A DNA stretch of 64,000 nt from a virus: positions 82,706 through 146,705 of IMG/VR virus record IMGVR_UViG_3300021197_001752; one strand, given 5' to 3'. Below the pieces are notes generated by a model. The model saw only the letters and a list, made by a program, of their open reading frames with translations, was not told where the DNA came from and did no database searches. Within the stretch, counting starts at the first letter, position 1, and the number at the start of each line of letters is the position of its first letter. Below, in pieces: positions 17,939 through 26,717 of the stretch. A program made the translations under genes and the position numbers.

Positions 17939-18223
17939 TTACTTTACTTTGGGAATTCCACCGAAGTCGTACATCATATCAAGATACCAGTCATTAAAAG
18001 AACTAGCCTTGGGTCGCTTACGTTTCTTAGCTGGCTTGACTGGAGCCCACTTCATCTGGCGGAGAACCTCACGTAAAACTCGTGGGTCTGTCCGCTTCAG
18101 GTAATTCGTTATTTGATTAGCATGGCGCTGCACCTGGGGCTTGTCCATGTAAGGGCGCTTGTTGCCATGGCTTGGCGCTGCCAAGGTTGTGACTAAAGCA
18201 GTTGCTAAGATAATCTTAATCAT
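17939..18223 (-). CDS. Secreted basic protein
   Basis: Signal peptide. Confidence 0.55.
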   Translation of the reverse strand: MIKIILATALVTTLAAPSHGNKRPYMDKPQVQRHANQITNYLKRTDPRVLREVLRQMKWAPVKPAKKRKRPKASSFNDWYLDMMYDFGGIPKVK

Positions 18224-18530
18224 ATTTCACTTTCTTTGGGTCCATGTTTTCAATCTCTTCGTCAGAAACATCTTCGTCAATAAGGTCGTAAATAGAAACT
18301 TTATCCTCTTTCTTGTGCATCTTCCCAGTTAGTATCCCGTGTACTAGCGATGGGCTGATCTTAATTTGATAGTGATTCTTCTTAGCGAACCACTTGGCTA
18401 TCTCTCTCACGCTCATCTTACCTTTTTGCGATCTAATCATTTCTACCTGGCGCTCGGTCAGCTTATGCGAACCCTTCTTAGCTCGCAGTCGATTCTTCCT
18501 CGGTGGTGTCTTTTTATTTTCTTCGCTCAT
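18216..18530 (-). CDS. HTH-like DNA-binding protein
   Basis: KLTERQVEMIR...SVREIAK...ISPSLVHGILTGK. Confidence 0.6.
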   Translation of the reverse strand: MSEENKKTPPRKNRLRAKKGSHKLTERQVEMIRSQKGKMSVREIAKWFAKKNHYQIKISPSLVHGILTGKMHKKEDKVSIYDLIDEDVSDEEIENMDPKKVKYD

Positions 18531-18567
18531 GATACTATTAATAACACACTTTCCTGATGCCGTAAAG

Positions 18568-18576
18568 CTATTTATA
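18568..18576 (+). promoter_or_regulatory. Late-type motif CTATTTATA directly before a plus-strand gene
   Basis: Same motif as the minus-strand copies, oriented with its gene. Confidence 0.55.
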
Positions 18577-18578
18577 AT

Positions 18579-19247
18579 ATGAGTAATATTAATAAAAGAT
18601 CTAAGATGAAAAACAAAAGACTCAGATCGAAGTACGGGTGGGTTAAAAGCGAAGAGGAGTATACAAGTGACTGCTGCGCTGAAGGCGATAGAGATATGAA
18701 ATCTTCAGATCTTTGGCGTAAGCTTATGGAGTCACGAGGCATATACAGTGGGTATGGTCCTGGGGAGGAGGAGGGCGATGAGCCTGGTGGTCCTATTTCA
18801 ACAGAGGTCAACGATGATGCTAACATATTTGATACCCCAGAAGACCTAGGCCATAACGATGACCCAGATGATGGCGAGGATGTTGAAGCCAGTAAATCAG
18901 CCAAAGACCCCAACGCAAAAAAGCTTTTTAGGAAACTGATAGAAAAAACACACCCAGATAAAACCAACTCAAATGATAACGTAGAAGACTTCTTCAAAGC
19001 TAGAGAAGCATATGAAAACAGCAACCTAGCTGAACTTGTAGCTTTGTGCATGAAGTATAACATTGAAGTGCCTGAGTACTTAGTGGAAGCCGAGAACATA
19101 TCTTTGGAGCAATCTATTAAAGAGATGGAGCAATCTATCAACAGCAAACAGAGTACGCTTGGTTATCTATGGTTCATGGCGAATAGCGACGAGGAAAAGC
19201 AAAGACTACTAGATATGGTGATGGCTCAGTACGGTGACCGCTTCTAG
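18579..19247 (+). CDS. J-domain (DnaJ-like) protein
   Basis: KKLFRKLIEKTHPDK...F...REAYE. Confidence 0.75.
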   Translation: MSNINKRSKMKNKRLRSKYGWVKSEEEYTSDCCAEGDRDMKSSDLWRKLMESRGIYSGYGPGEEEGDEPGGPISTEVNDDANIFDTPEDLGHNDDPDDGEDVEASKSAKDPNAKKLFRKLIEKTHPDKTNSNDNVEDFFKAREAYENSNLAELVALCMKYNIEVPEYLVEAENISLEQSIKEMEQSINSKQSTLGYLWFMANSDEEKQRLLDMVMAQYGDRF

Positions 19248-19580
19248 GGGGTCAGTCGTCATATGCCGATGAAGCACATAGTCTTGTGCGATATACTTTG
19301 TACCCTCGATAAAAATCTCATATATTCCTTTTGAATCCTTACCTTTCGGCGCTTTGGCTCTAGTAATTATCCCTGAGGTGCCATGGTAGTGCTTGTAATT
19401 ATGCAACACAGGATCAACAATGCTCTTTAGCGATTTAAGTTCTGGTTGAAGAAAGGGGTGATTCGATGTCTGGCTAACCCAGTGGTCTGGTCCATAAGAG
19501 CACATGACAAACCTCTCCTCTTCAGAGGGTTGGTCTGCACAAAACACTAGGTCACCTACAGCAAACTGCATTCTAGACAT
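19209..19580 (-). CDS. Hypothetical SH3-like protein
   Basis: VGDLV...GII...YEI. Confidence 0.55.
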   Translation of the reverse strand: MSRMQFAVGDLVFCADQPSEEERFVMCSYGPDHWVSQTSNHPFLQPELKSLKSIVDPVLHNYKHYHGTSGIITRAKAPKGKDSKGIYEIFIEGTKYIAQDYVLHRHMTTDPLEAVTVLSHHHI

Positions 19581-19855
19581 TACTTTGTTTCGTTGAAGCT
19601 GTTGATACGGTTCCTGACCTGATCAATATCTTCAGCCGCATCTTTGATCTGAGCCAGAGAATCTAAGAGAAGGTCTGTGCAGATGTCTTTATCCAAAAGG
19701 ATGTGATCCTTAAACTGTGTTGCACAGGTCTCGATCAGGTCACTCACTAATGATCTCTGTTCCAGTGGTAAGTCCCAGTATCGATCTGCCAACCCAGCAG
19801 CATCTTTAATATGAGACGATAAGTTGTAGTAAATTTGCTCGTCAGATAGCATCAT
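19580..19855 (-). CDS. Hypothetical helical protein
   Basis: Coupled ORF. Confidence 0.55.
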   Translation of the reverse strand: MMLSDEQIYYNLSSHIKDAAGLADRYWDLPLEQRSLVSDLIETCATQFKDHILLDKDICTDLLLDSLAQIKDAAEDIDQVRNRINSFNETK

Positions 19856-20300
19856 TTTTTTCCTCAGTTAGAAGTTGGTGTAGTTTACTTGGAGATAAGT
19901 CAGACAATTCATATACTGGTCCGATAATATTGGTTAGCCTTAGTGCATATATGATCCACTCTGAGCAGTACCACTTGCTCACGCATTTTACAAAGTAATT
20001 CGGTAACGCTTGGCTTACCAACATTCCAACCCAGTCATATTTTTGTCCTTTGGTTTTGCTATAAAATCTTAAGAATATCTTTTTTTGCTCTTCTGTTATG
20101 TGGAATGAAATAAAATCCCATTCACTTTCAACATAATTGCATTTAGTTTTTCTAACGCCTTCAACTATAAACGGCTCTATTGTGTAACATTCTTCATCTA
20201 TTACTAGTTCAGCGTGTGAATACTTGCTCCTGGTCCAATACCTTATGAAGCGATTATGCCATCGACCTTTTCCTTTATAGAAAGCGACCTTGGCTTCCAC
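19842..20300 (-). CDS. Permuted papain-like (NlpC/P60, YiiX-type) amidase
   Basis: YSHAELV, G.KYD, WYCSE. Confidence 0.8.
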   Translation of the reverse strand: MEAKVAFYKGKGRWHNRFIRYWTRSKYSHAELVIDEECYTIEPFIVEGVRKTKCNYVESEWDFISFHITEEQKKIFLRFYSKTKGQKYDWVGMLVSQALPNYFVKCVSKWYCSEWIIYALRLTNIIGPVYELSDLSPSKLHQLLTEEKNDAI

Positions 20301-20310
20301 TGAACCCCCT

Positions 20311-20523
20311 TCAGGTTCCTATGAAATATCCCATAAGAGCCCCGCCTAAGAAAAATATTGGGTTTAGATAGCGATGCATTTCCCGTTGCTGGTGGCATTG
20401 GGCTAACTGAACCGCTAAAGAACCTACTAATTTATCTATGTCTGTCCTAGAGTTTTTAATCAGCAATTGTCCTACAAATGCGATATCATCCTTAGATATA
20501 TTGGGTTTGAAGGGATTATTCAT
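20311..20523 (-). CDS. Small protein with C-terminal TM
   Basis: ORF. Confidence 0.5.
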   Translation of the reverse strand: MNNPFKPNISKDDIAFVGQLLIKNSRTDIDKLVGSLAVQLAQCHQQREMHRYLNPIFFLGGALMGYFIGT

Positions 20524-20875
20524 CTTTATGGAGCCACTTTGGGTTAGAAACCCTTGCCTTGTGCATAACGATACGTAGATGCTTAGCGATAGGCAATGCT
20601 TGCCAAGCCTCTACGGTAAAACACCCTTCAGTTTCGCCATCCTGCGTCACCTCACAACCGAACTTATCGATGAGGCGCTTCTTAAGGTATGTGTACTGTG
20701 TTTTTGTTTCTCTCTGCACATAGATACCAACGATGCCTTTTCCAAAACCGTCAAAGAACTGATCGTTCTTCCACTTCCCAGAAGACACAGCAACTGCATG
20801 TGAATCCTCTGCTAGCCGATAACGAAGACGATTGCTTTCGCAAAACGTTTTAAACCAAGACTTTTCCTCATTCAT
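20516..20875 (-). CDS. Hypothetical protein
   Basis: ORF, QDGETEG motif. Confidence 0.6.
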   Translation of the reverse strand: MNEEKSWFKTFCESNRLRYRLAEDSHAVAVSSGKWKNDQFFDGFGKGIVGIYVQRETKTQYTYLKKRLIDKFGCEVTQDGETEGCFTVEAWQALPIAKHLRIVMHKARVSNPKWLHKDE

Positions 20876-20878
20876 ACT

Positions 20879-21127
20879 CTAACCTTTCATCCTTCTATGG
20901 ATGTTACTGATTACGTCGATCATGGACATACGGCCCGTTACAACACTATTTACGTACATTCTATTATCCTGCAACATGGGTATATAAAGATTCTTCCACA
21001 AATCTATAGTTGGTGGTGATATCTCGGTCAGACCCAATCGAGCAACGTTAGCTTTTGATTGCTCTACACTATCGCCGCCCATCATACTTCTAAGGAAAAC
21101 TAATTCTGCTTTAGTATGCAAGCTCAA
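20879..21127 (-). CDS. Hypothetical protein
   Basis: ORF. Confidence 0.5.
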   Translation of the reverse strand: MSLHTKAELVFLRSMMGGDSVEQSKANVARLGLTEISPPTIDLWKNLYIPMLQDNRMYVNSVVTGRMSMIDVISNIHRRMKG

Positions 21128-21246
21128 TTCTACCTATCTCCAATTCGTTCAGCGACCAGTATGACTGCTATCACTCCCAAGAACGCAAAGCCCAATGCTG
21201 CGTTGACTATGGTATGTCTATATTCTATTACATTTTGCAGCATTTG

Positions 21247-21588
21247 TTAATGCTCTTTGAAAGAAATATGATATTTTTTTAGAGTTATTAACCTGTCGTT
21301 GACCATCTCACTATGAAGCTTCATGGTATCGACCTCTTCTGTGGATACTGGTACCACGCCATCTTTTGGTCTTCTCATTATCAATTCCTCCATCACCCAA
21401 TCAATTTGCCCTGTGACTGTACTGACAAACGCACAAAGATCCCTGAGCATCTCTTTGGTATAGAACTCTTCGTCTTCTTCAAAATTTAGTAGAATAGATT
21501 CTGCATAATTTCTTATCTGCATCAAGTATTCGACGGTAGAGATAACAGTATTTACTTTTATCCCGTAGGTCTTTTTATCGTCAGCCAA
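21247..21588 (-). CDS. Hypothetical protein
   Basis: ORF. Confidence 0.55.
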   Translation of the reverse strand: MADDKKTYGIKVNTVISTVEYLMQIRNYAESILLNFEEDEEFYTKEMLRDLCAFVSTVTGQIDWVMEELIMRRPKDGVVPVSTEEVDTMKLHSEMVNDRLITLKKYHISFKEH

Positions 21589-21589
21589 A

Positions 21590-21844
21590 TCATCCCCTTA
21601 GCAGCGTCTTACCCGTCTTGAGATGCTCTCGAAGATCAGTGTAACCACCGATAAACCTAGTTCCACTTGGGGTTACTTCGGTTATGATGGGAACAGTCTG
21701 CCAATTATAATTAGACTTCATTTCCTGTAAAAGTTCAGGGTTGCTATCAACTGACGTCACCTGATAGGCTAAGCCACTCTCTCTCAATAGTTCAATTGCC
21801 GATACGCAATAAGGACATGTTGTCCTGGCTACTACATTATACAT
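21590..21844 (-). CDS. Glutaredoxin
   Basis: CPYC, TVP, FIGG. Confidence 0.92.
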   Translation of the reverse strand: MYNVVARTTCPYCVSAIELLRESGLAYQVTSVDSNPELLQEMKSNYNWQTVPIITEVTPSGTRFIGGYTDLREHLKTGKTLLRG

Positions 21845-22826
21845 TATTTCTAACTACCTCCAATTGTACGGGATGAATATCCTCGTATACTAAATCACCA
21901 AATTTCACGGTGTATGATTCTTGCCCATTAGATAGAAAGTGGCTTGGCACTGGATCTTTTCTAAGAACAAGCCCCAATGGAAAAATACAATCTTTACTAT
22001 CTCTACACCAGTTTACAAATTCCACATAAGCTGGTTCTTGATTCTCCGAGATGCCATGAAAAGAAGAGGAGCCTTTTAGAAACTTTAATAACTTCACTCT
22101 CCTTGGGTGCAACTCTTCGTACTCCAATTTATCACAATATTTCTCAGCCATAGTGATCAAAAGATTTTTTCGATATTTGAAATCAGGTGCGAATAGTCCC
22201 ATCCTAACTTCCACTAAAGATCCAACCTTTATTTGTGCGTCATCCTGCACTCGCCTAATGAAGTCGCTTTCTGTCTCGCCAGTCTCGCTAGTCTGGTACA
22301 TTAGACTGAGACATCTATTAGCCCCAAAAGGGTTACCAAAGCAAGAAAAGGCTAATCTATGACTAAGCATAAAGAAGTGATGATTTGGGTTGATATACTG
22401 ATCATCCTCTAGGAACAGCGTGTGCTTCTCACTAACCATAAATCTTTTTGACTCGCCATGTAGGTTGAATGACAACATCCTACCCTGCGAAGGACGGACC
22501 CCTTCGTATTTTATATTATAGGCCCAGACTGGTCTGCCGTCTTTGTGGCAGAGTCTTTTATATCCTGGCTCGTCATGCAGGAGCGTCCTTAGGAATACAA
22601 GCCGCACTCTGTTAGGGTCCTTCTTGCCAGAAGATACCTGATTAAATCTACGATTAGTTATAGGCTCATAGAATGGATTGTTATATGGTCCCCCAGGCTG
22701 ATCTGAATCGTACCAAAAGTCAATAGGGATCAGGTGGTTGGTAGCATAAAAATCATATAGATTCAGCCAGGTGTTTGGCTTAGTAATCCTCATGTCATGA
22801 AACAGCTTTCTTCCTGAACGCACCAA
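21837..22826 (-). CDS. Hypothetical protein
   Basis: 329-aa ORF. Confidence 0.65.
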   Translation of the reverse strand: MVRSGRKLFHDMRITKPNTWLNLYDFYATNHLIPIDFWYDSDQPGGPYNNPFYEPITNRRFNQVSSGKKDPNRVRLVFLRTLLHDEPGYKRLCHKDGRPVWAYNIKYEGVRPSQGRMLSFNLHGESKRFMVSEKHTLFLEDDQYINPNHHFFMLSHRLAFSCFGNPFGANRCLSLMYQTSETGETESDFIRRVQDDAQIKVGSLVEVRMGLFAPDFKYRKNLLITMAEKYCDKLEYEELHPRRVKLLKFLKGSSSFHGISENQEPAYVEFVNWCRDSKDCIFPLGLVLRKDPVPSHFLSNGQESYTVKFGDLVYEDIHPVQLEVVRNNV

Positions 22827-23020
22827 AGTTCTCCTTCATACAAAATCTCTACCCTGCCACGCCCAAGACCACGATTGTAGACAACATCTCTCGGCTCTTT
22901 TGTGTAGCAAATAGTATTTGCCACGCCTGCCGAATCATATTTTGTTAGCGATGTTTTAGCTGGCAAATAAACCAAGTCACCTTGAGCCAGGAAACTACTG
23001 ATATTAGACTTCCCCATCAT
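22790..23020 (-). CDS. Small SH3-like protein
   Basis: GDLVYLP. Confidence 0.5.
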   Translation of the reverse strand: MMGKSNISSFLAQGDLVYLPAKTSLTKYDSAGVANTICYTKEPRDVVYNRGLGRGRVEILYEGELWCVQEESCFMT

Positions 23021-23405
23021 CAGGATTCTCCTCGGGCTCTTCTACCACTTGGTCTGAGATCTTCTCTAGGAAGCTATTGAACCTCTCAGCTTCAACCAGG
23101 CGGCTCTCGATACTTGATTTGAGCCTCGTTGCCTCAACCTCAGCATCGGTCTCTTCACGGTTATGATAGCCATTAAGAATATTGCCAGCTTGGGCTAGCA
23201 TCATGTCAACGTCTGCCAGGTGCTCCCGAAGTTCATCAAGGTTACCTAAAACTTCTCCTAGTCTGTCTTCGTCAAGTGGGGTCATAATACTTTCGTTGTA
23301 CCCCTTGATCATGTCAAGCAACCGCTGACCCTCGTTTGCTAATAGAGATCTAGATAATGATCTTACCTGATCAATATGGATATTCAAATTGATATTTGCA
23401 CGCAT
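23004..23405 (-). CDS. Coiled-coil hypothetical protein
   Basis: ORF. Confidence 0.6.
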   Translation of the reverse strand: MRANINLNIHIDQVRSLSRSLLANEGQRLLDMIKGYNESIMTPLDEDRLGEVLGNLDELREHLADVDMMLAQAGNILNGYHNREETDAEVEATRLKSSIESRLVEAERFNSFLEKISDQVVEEPEENPDDGEV

Positions 23406-23407
23406 AC

Positions 23408-24184
23408 TTATTTTCTCCCTTTGCTGTATACAGATTTTATAATCTCAACCGTTTCCTGCGGTCCAGATACTTCGTGATATGTTTTACACAAAACAGCTAT
23501 GTCGCTGTCATTTCCGTTCCCGTCGATGCGATCGCCAAAGAACACACACTCCTCTGGTTTCTCATGCATGTTCCTGAAAGCGTAGGACTTATCCCAGCCC
23601 TTGCGGGTGATGTCGATAGAGATCTGTCCGCCCTTCCTGAAGGATAGTCCCCAGCCCTGGAAGGTCTTCTCAAGTTGCTCAATCGCTTTATCTCTTTCAC
23701 CTGATTTACTGTCCCACTTGGCGTAATCATCTCGCTGCTCAAGAGTACAGTTCCTGCCAATCAGAGAGAAGTTGATCAGGGGATCTCGCCACTCGACAAA
23801 CGTACCCGTTTTAAATTTCGTATGATTATCAGCCGCCAGTTTAAGCAGGGTGCTGGTAATATGATTTAGGTCAGCCTGGGAGTAATGATCTGTTAGGCTG
23901 ACCTTGTGAATCAGTTCAGGCACAGGTGGCAAGTTTTCGTCATCCATGTCTAAATTACAGTTCCAGACTCTAGTCCCGTTACATGCATAGATGCGCTCGA
24001 ATGTGCTCAAGATAAAATCATTATCAAGCTGTTCCGCAACCTTGCCAAGGTCAGATCCCGTAACTAAATACAGCTTAGCTGGCACTAGGCTCTTGATCGC
24101 CTTAGCTGTTGTGTCCATGATATGACGACGGGACTCAGTTAAGGTCCCGTCCATGTCAAATATGTATGCTTTTGCTTTGTTCAA
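23408..24184 (-). CDS. HAD-IIB eukaryote-type phosphomannomutase
   Basis: DMDGTLT, VTGSD, GTFVEWR, GGQISID, WDK, FFGD...GND. Confidence 0.88.
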   Translation of the reverse strand: MNKAKAYIFDMDGTLTESRRHIMDTTAKAIKSLVPAKLYLVTGSDLGKVAEQLDNDFILSTFERIYACNGTRVWNCNLDMDDENLPPVPELIHKVSLTDHYSQADLNHITSTLLKLAADNHTKFKTGTFVEWRDPLINFSLIGRNCTLEQRDDYAKWDSKSGERDKAIEQLEKTFQGWGLSFRKGGQISIDITRKGWDKSYAFRNMHEKPEECVFFGDRIDGNGNDSDIAVLCKTYHEVSGPQETVEIIKSVYSKGRK

Positions 24185-24255
24185 ATCAGCAACCTCTTCA
24201 GTATTATGTATCTTCTTTTACCACATTATTACCCTGACTGTATAATTTATTATTA

Positions 24256-24879
24256 CTATTTGGCAACCTTTAGACAACGGTCTTCAAGTTTGACCTTGTG
24301 ACCATTCACCAGCACGGTCGATTTAGCGTGGAGTCCGATCGGATGGTTAGCCAAAACAAGCGCAACTTGGTTATGTAAGTCACGCTGCGGCACCAAGTTA
24401 GCGTTAGCACGGATCTTACAGAGCGCACCGATAGGGAAGGCGGCTGGCTCAGTCGCAGTAGCAATAACCTTCTGGGCGTACTTGTTTTTGGTCATGGCAA
24501 CAAACTGACGCTCAGTAGGAATAAACTCCTCGTCTAAGAGAATCTTGCTGGCAAGATCTCGGAAGTACTGAGTGGTGCGATAGTAGCGAGCCACGATGAT
24601 AGCGGTCTCACGGTGGTCAGACTTGTAGGACTGAGCCCACTGCTCACGCCTCAACACAGACTCGTCAGAGTAGCGTTGTTCCATACGTTCAATACACTCA
24701 ATCTGCTTGGCGCTCAAATCGCCTTTGTCCTCAAACTGCTTCTTGAGAGACTCAGCGAACCTACGGTCCCCCTCCGATAACTTCTTAGCCATCAGGGACT
24801 CAAAGCGAGCATCGCCGTTCTGAACTTCAAGGCGCTCTGCTCGTTGAGGGCGGCGGTACATCTGGGACCAGTAACTCAT
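24256..24879 (-). CDS. Early hypothetical protein (LSxKQ motif, C-terminal SH3-like)
   Basis: FAESLKKQF...LSAKQ; preceded by early cassette. Confidence 0.75.
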   Translation of the reverse strand: MSYWSQMYRRPQRAERLEVQNGDARFESLMAKKLSEGDRRFAESLKKQFEDKGDLSAKQIECIERMEQRYSDESVLRREQWAQSYKSDHRETAIIVARYYRTTQYFRDLASKILLDEEFIPTERQFVAMTKNKYAQKVIATATEPAAFPIGALCKIRANANLVPQRDLHNQVALVLANHPIGLHAKSTVLVNGHKVKLEDRCLKVAK

Positions 24880-24885
24880 ATCTAT

Positions 24886-24933
24886 TCTTCCTTACAATTT
24901 ATAATACCACATATTAGGTATTGGTCAAGGAAA
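24886..24933 (-). promoter_or_regulatory. Early sigma70-like promoter/leader cassette 4
   Basis: TTTCCTTGACC-16bp(TGG)-TATTAT-AAATTGTAAGGAAGA. Confidence 0.8.
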
Positions 24934-25007
24934 TATTATAAATAAATTACACCACCGAGCATAGCAAGAGCCAGCAGTATTAAAATTTCAATTGCGTTTA
25001 GTCGCAC

Positions 25008-25349
25008 TTAGATATCCCGTCCTTCGTTTGCGCCTGGCAATGCCTTTTCGATCTTTAGTTTATAGAGATCAGTGTTAGGGATAACAAGCTTCCTATCGGT
25101 GTCTAATAAGTGGAAGACAGTTTTGACTGGTGTTTGGCGCATGATCCTTGCTTTCTTTTTGCCATCAATCCACACTAAGTCGTCAACATCAAAGTCGGAC
25201 CCAAACATAAATCTAAGACCTGCTGCAAAGTTCGTAACAAAGTCTCTGAACATGAAAGTAAGAAACGCCGCTACAAACAAAATACCATAGCCGCCAACTA
25301 GGTGTTCTGCTAACTTAACTAATTCATCTGCTAGGCCTTGGTGATTCAT
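25008..25349 (-). CDS. Minimal MscS-like channel protein
   Basis: TM helix + RD.VTNFAAGL...F.VDDLV.I...IPN. Confidence 0.65.
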   Translation of the reverse strand: MNHQGLADELVKLAEHLVGGYGILFVAAFLTFMFRDFVTNFAAGLRFMFGSDFDVDDLVWIDGKKKARIMRQTPVKTVFHLLDTDRKLVIPNTDLYKLKIEKALPGANEGRDI

Positions 25350-25675
25350 TTAAGGTACTCCTTAGCGTAGCCTTCTTGAATGAGCCAGCCATTTATGTTT
25401 TCATCATCAATAAAAACTTCGCCGAGCCAACGACCATACTTACCTTTCTTATCCTTAAACGTCCTAATGACTACTACCTTATTTAATATTCTTTTACGTA
25501 AAGCATCTCGGGACTTGATGCCTTCAGGCTTGCTCTTGCCTCTGACCTCTGGAGTGTTGATGCCGAGGAGCCTTATCTTCTGAGACTTTATTATAATCCC
25601 GAAGCCAAGGTGGAAGTCTACCGTGATGGTGTCGCCGTCATATACTTTTGTGACCATGGCTTTGTACTCATACAT
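25346..25675 (-). CDS. Thermonuclease (SNase) family
   Basis: VYDGDTI, IRLLGINTPE, KYGRWLG. Confidence 0.9.
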   Translation of the reverse strand: MYEYKAMVTKVYDGDTITVDFHLGFGIIIKSQKIRLLGINTPEVRGKSKPEGIKSRDALRKRILNKVVVIRTFKDKKGKYGRWLGEVFIDDENINGWLIQEGYAKEYLK

Positions 25676-26027
25676 TGTAATTATATATCCACTGATATCT
25701 CTTTCTTTTCTCTAAGTAACTTGATTTAAAATCTCTGCCATACGCCTCTTGCTCTGCTCTAATGCGACGGTAAGCCTTTGCACCATCTCTGTACTTGATG
25801 TAACCCCAAGCATAATCCCAAAGATACAATAGCAAGAAGCCGATGACCAGAGTCTCCAGCATTTGCTGGAAGTGGATAGTTTCGTGCCGTTGGGTTCTTT
25901 TATTTATTTCTCCACGGCTAAACACCAGAAAGAAAAGTGTTATGGCACCAATGTTGATCGGAGCAAGGTATGATAACCAGACAGGTATTTTACTGTTCTC
26001 TATAAAAATTGGTTTCCAATTCTTCAT
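25668..26027 (-). CDS. Membrane HExxH zinc-metalloprotease-like protein
   Basis: RHETIHFQQ...EQEAY. Confidence 0.65.
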   Translation of the reverse strand: MKNWKPIFIENSKIPVWLSYLAPINIGAITLFFLVFSRGEINKRTQRHETIHFQQMLETLVIGFLLLYLWDYAWGYIKYRDGAKAYRRIRAEQEAYGRDFKSSYLEKRKRYQWIYNYNV

Positions 26028-26165
26028 TTTATTCTCCCCAGTCTTGCCATTGCCAGCGGGTTTCCATATGCTGGCTGAGCTTCTTCTCTGCTTGCCTTAG
26101 TTTGATACGATAATAAACAGTAGGGATTGAAAACACAATTGCTATTATTATAATTGTGGCAAGTA

Positions 26166-26624
26166 TCATCTCATCATCAGGTCGGCTAAGTTCTTGACCC
26201 ACAAGCCGCCTGCTGCGGTTGCAAGGAGCCAGATAACTTTCTGCATCCCATCTCTCCAGTCTTGAAGCTTAGATACTTCAAGGTGTAGACGCTCGACCTC
26301 TTCAAGATCTTTGTCTGCTCTAACTTTCCAAACTTGAAGCTCTTTAGCAAATTCAAGTGCTGGTTTTGAATCCTTAACATACTGAAGACGGCTCTTGGAT
26401 TCTGTTTCTAATTGCTTTATGCGACTGTACAAACCAGAGTCTGGCTCATAAAGACTTTGCTTGATACCACGGACGGAATCTAGTATTTCAGTCTGGGCCT
26501 GTTTGATGTGATCTACCTCGGACAGTAGCTTATCAAAGCCGCCATTCATCGCAGGAGAGTTAACTACTTTGTGTTCAACCTTTTCTAACTTCTCTAATAA
26601 AAGTTTAAGTATTTCATCACTCAT
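26166..26624 (-). CDS. Coiled-coil protein with C-terminal TM (holin/XhlA-like topology)
   Basis: GL..RI..LE coiled coil and hydrophobic C-terminus. Confidence 0.55.
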   Translation of the reverse strand: MSDEILKLLLEKLEKVEHKVVNSPAMNGGFDKLLSEVDHIKQAQTEILDSVRGIKQSLYEPDSGLYSRIKQLETESKSRLQYVKDSKPALEFAKELQVWKVRADKDLEEVERLHLEVSKLQDWRDGMQKVIWLLATAAGGLWVKNLADLMMR

Positions 26625-26641
26625 TATTTTTCACCTCGTAG

Positions 26642-26676
26642 AAAAAAATAAAGCCCAGGCAAATGCTGGGCTTTAT
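26642..26676 (-). terminator. Intrinsic terminator after groEL
   Basis: ATAAAGCCCAG/CTGGGCTTTAT stem + U-tract. Confidence 0.75.
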
Positions 26677-26717
26677 AGTTTTATGGAACTATCAGTAAAT
26701 AGTTTTCAGGTTGTCTT

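Noticed and set aside
18572-19147. 191-aa Ser-rich minus-strand ORF
   Set aside because: Shadow of the plus-strand J-domain gene (HPD motif, upstream late motif)
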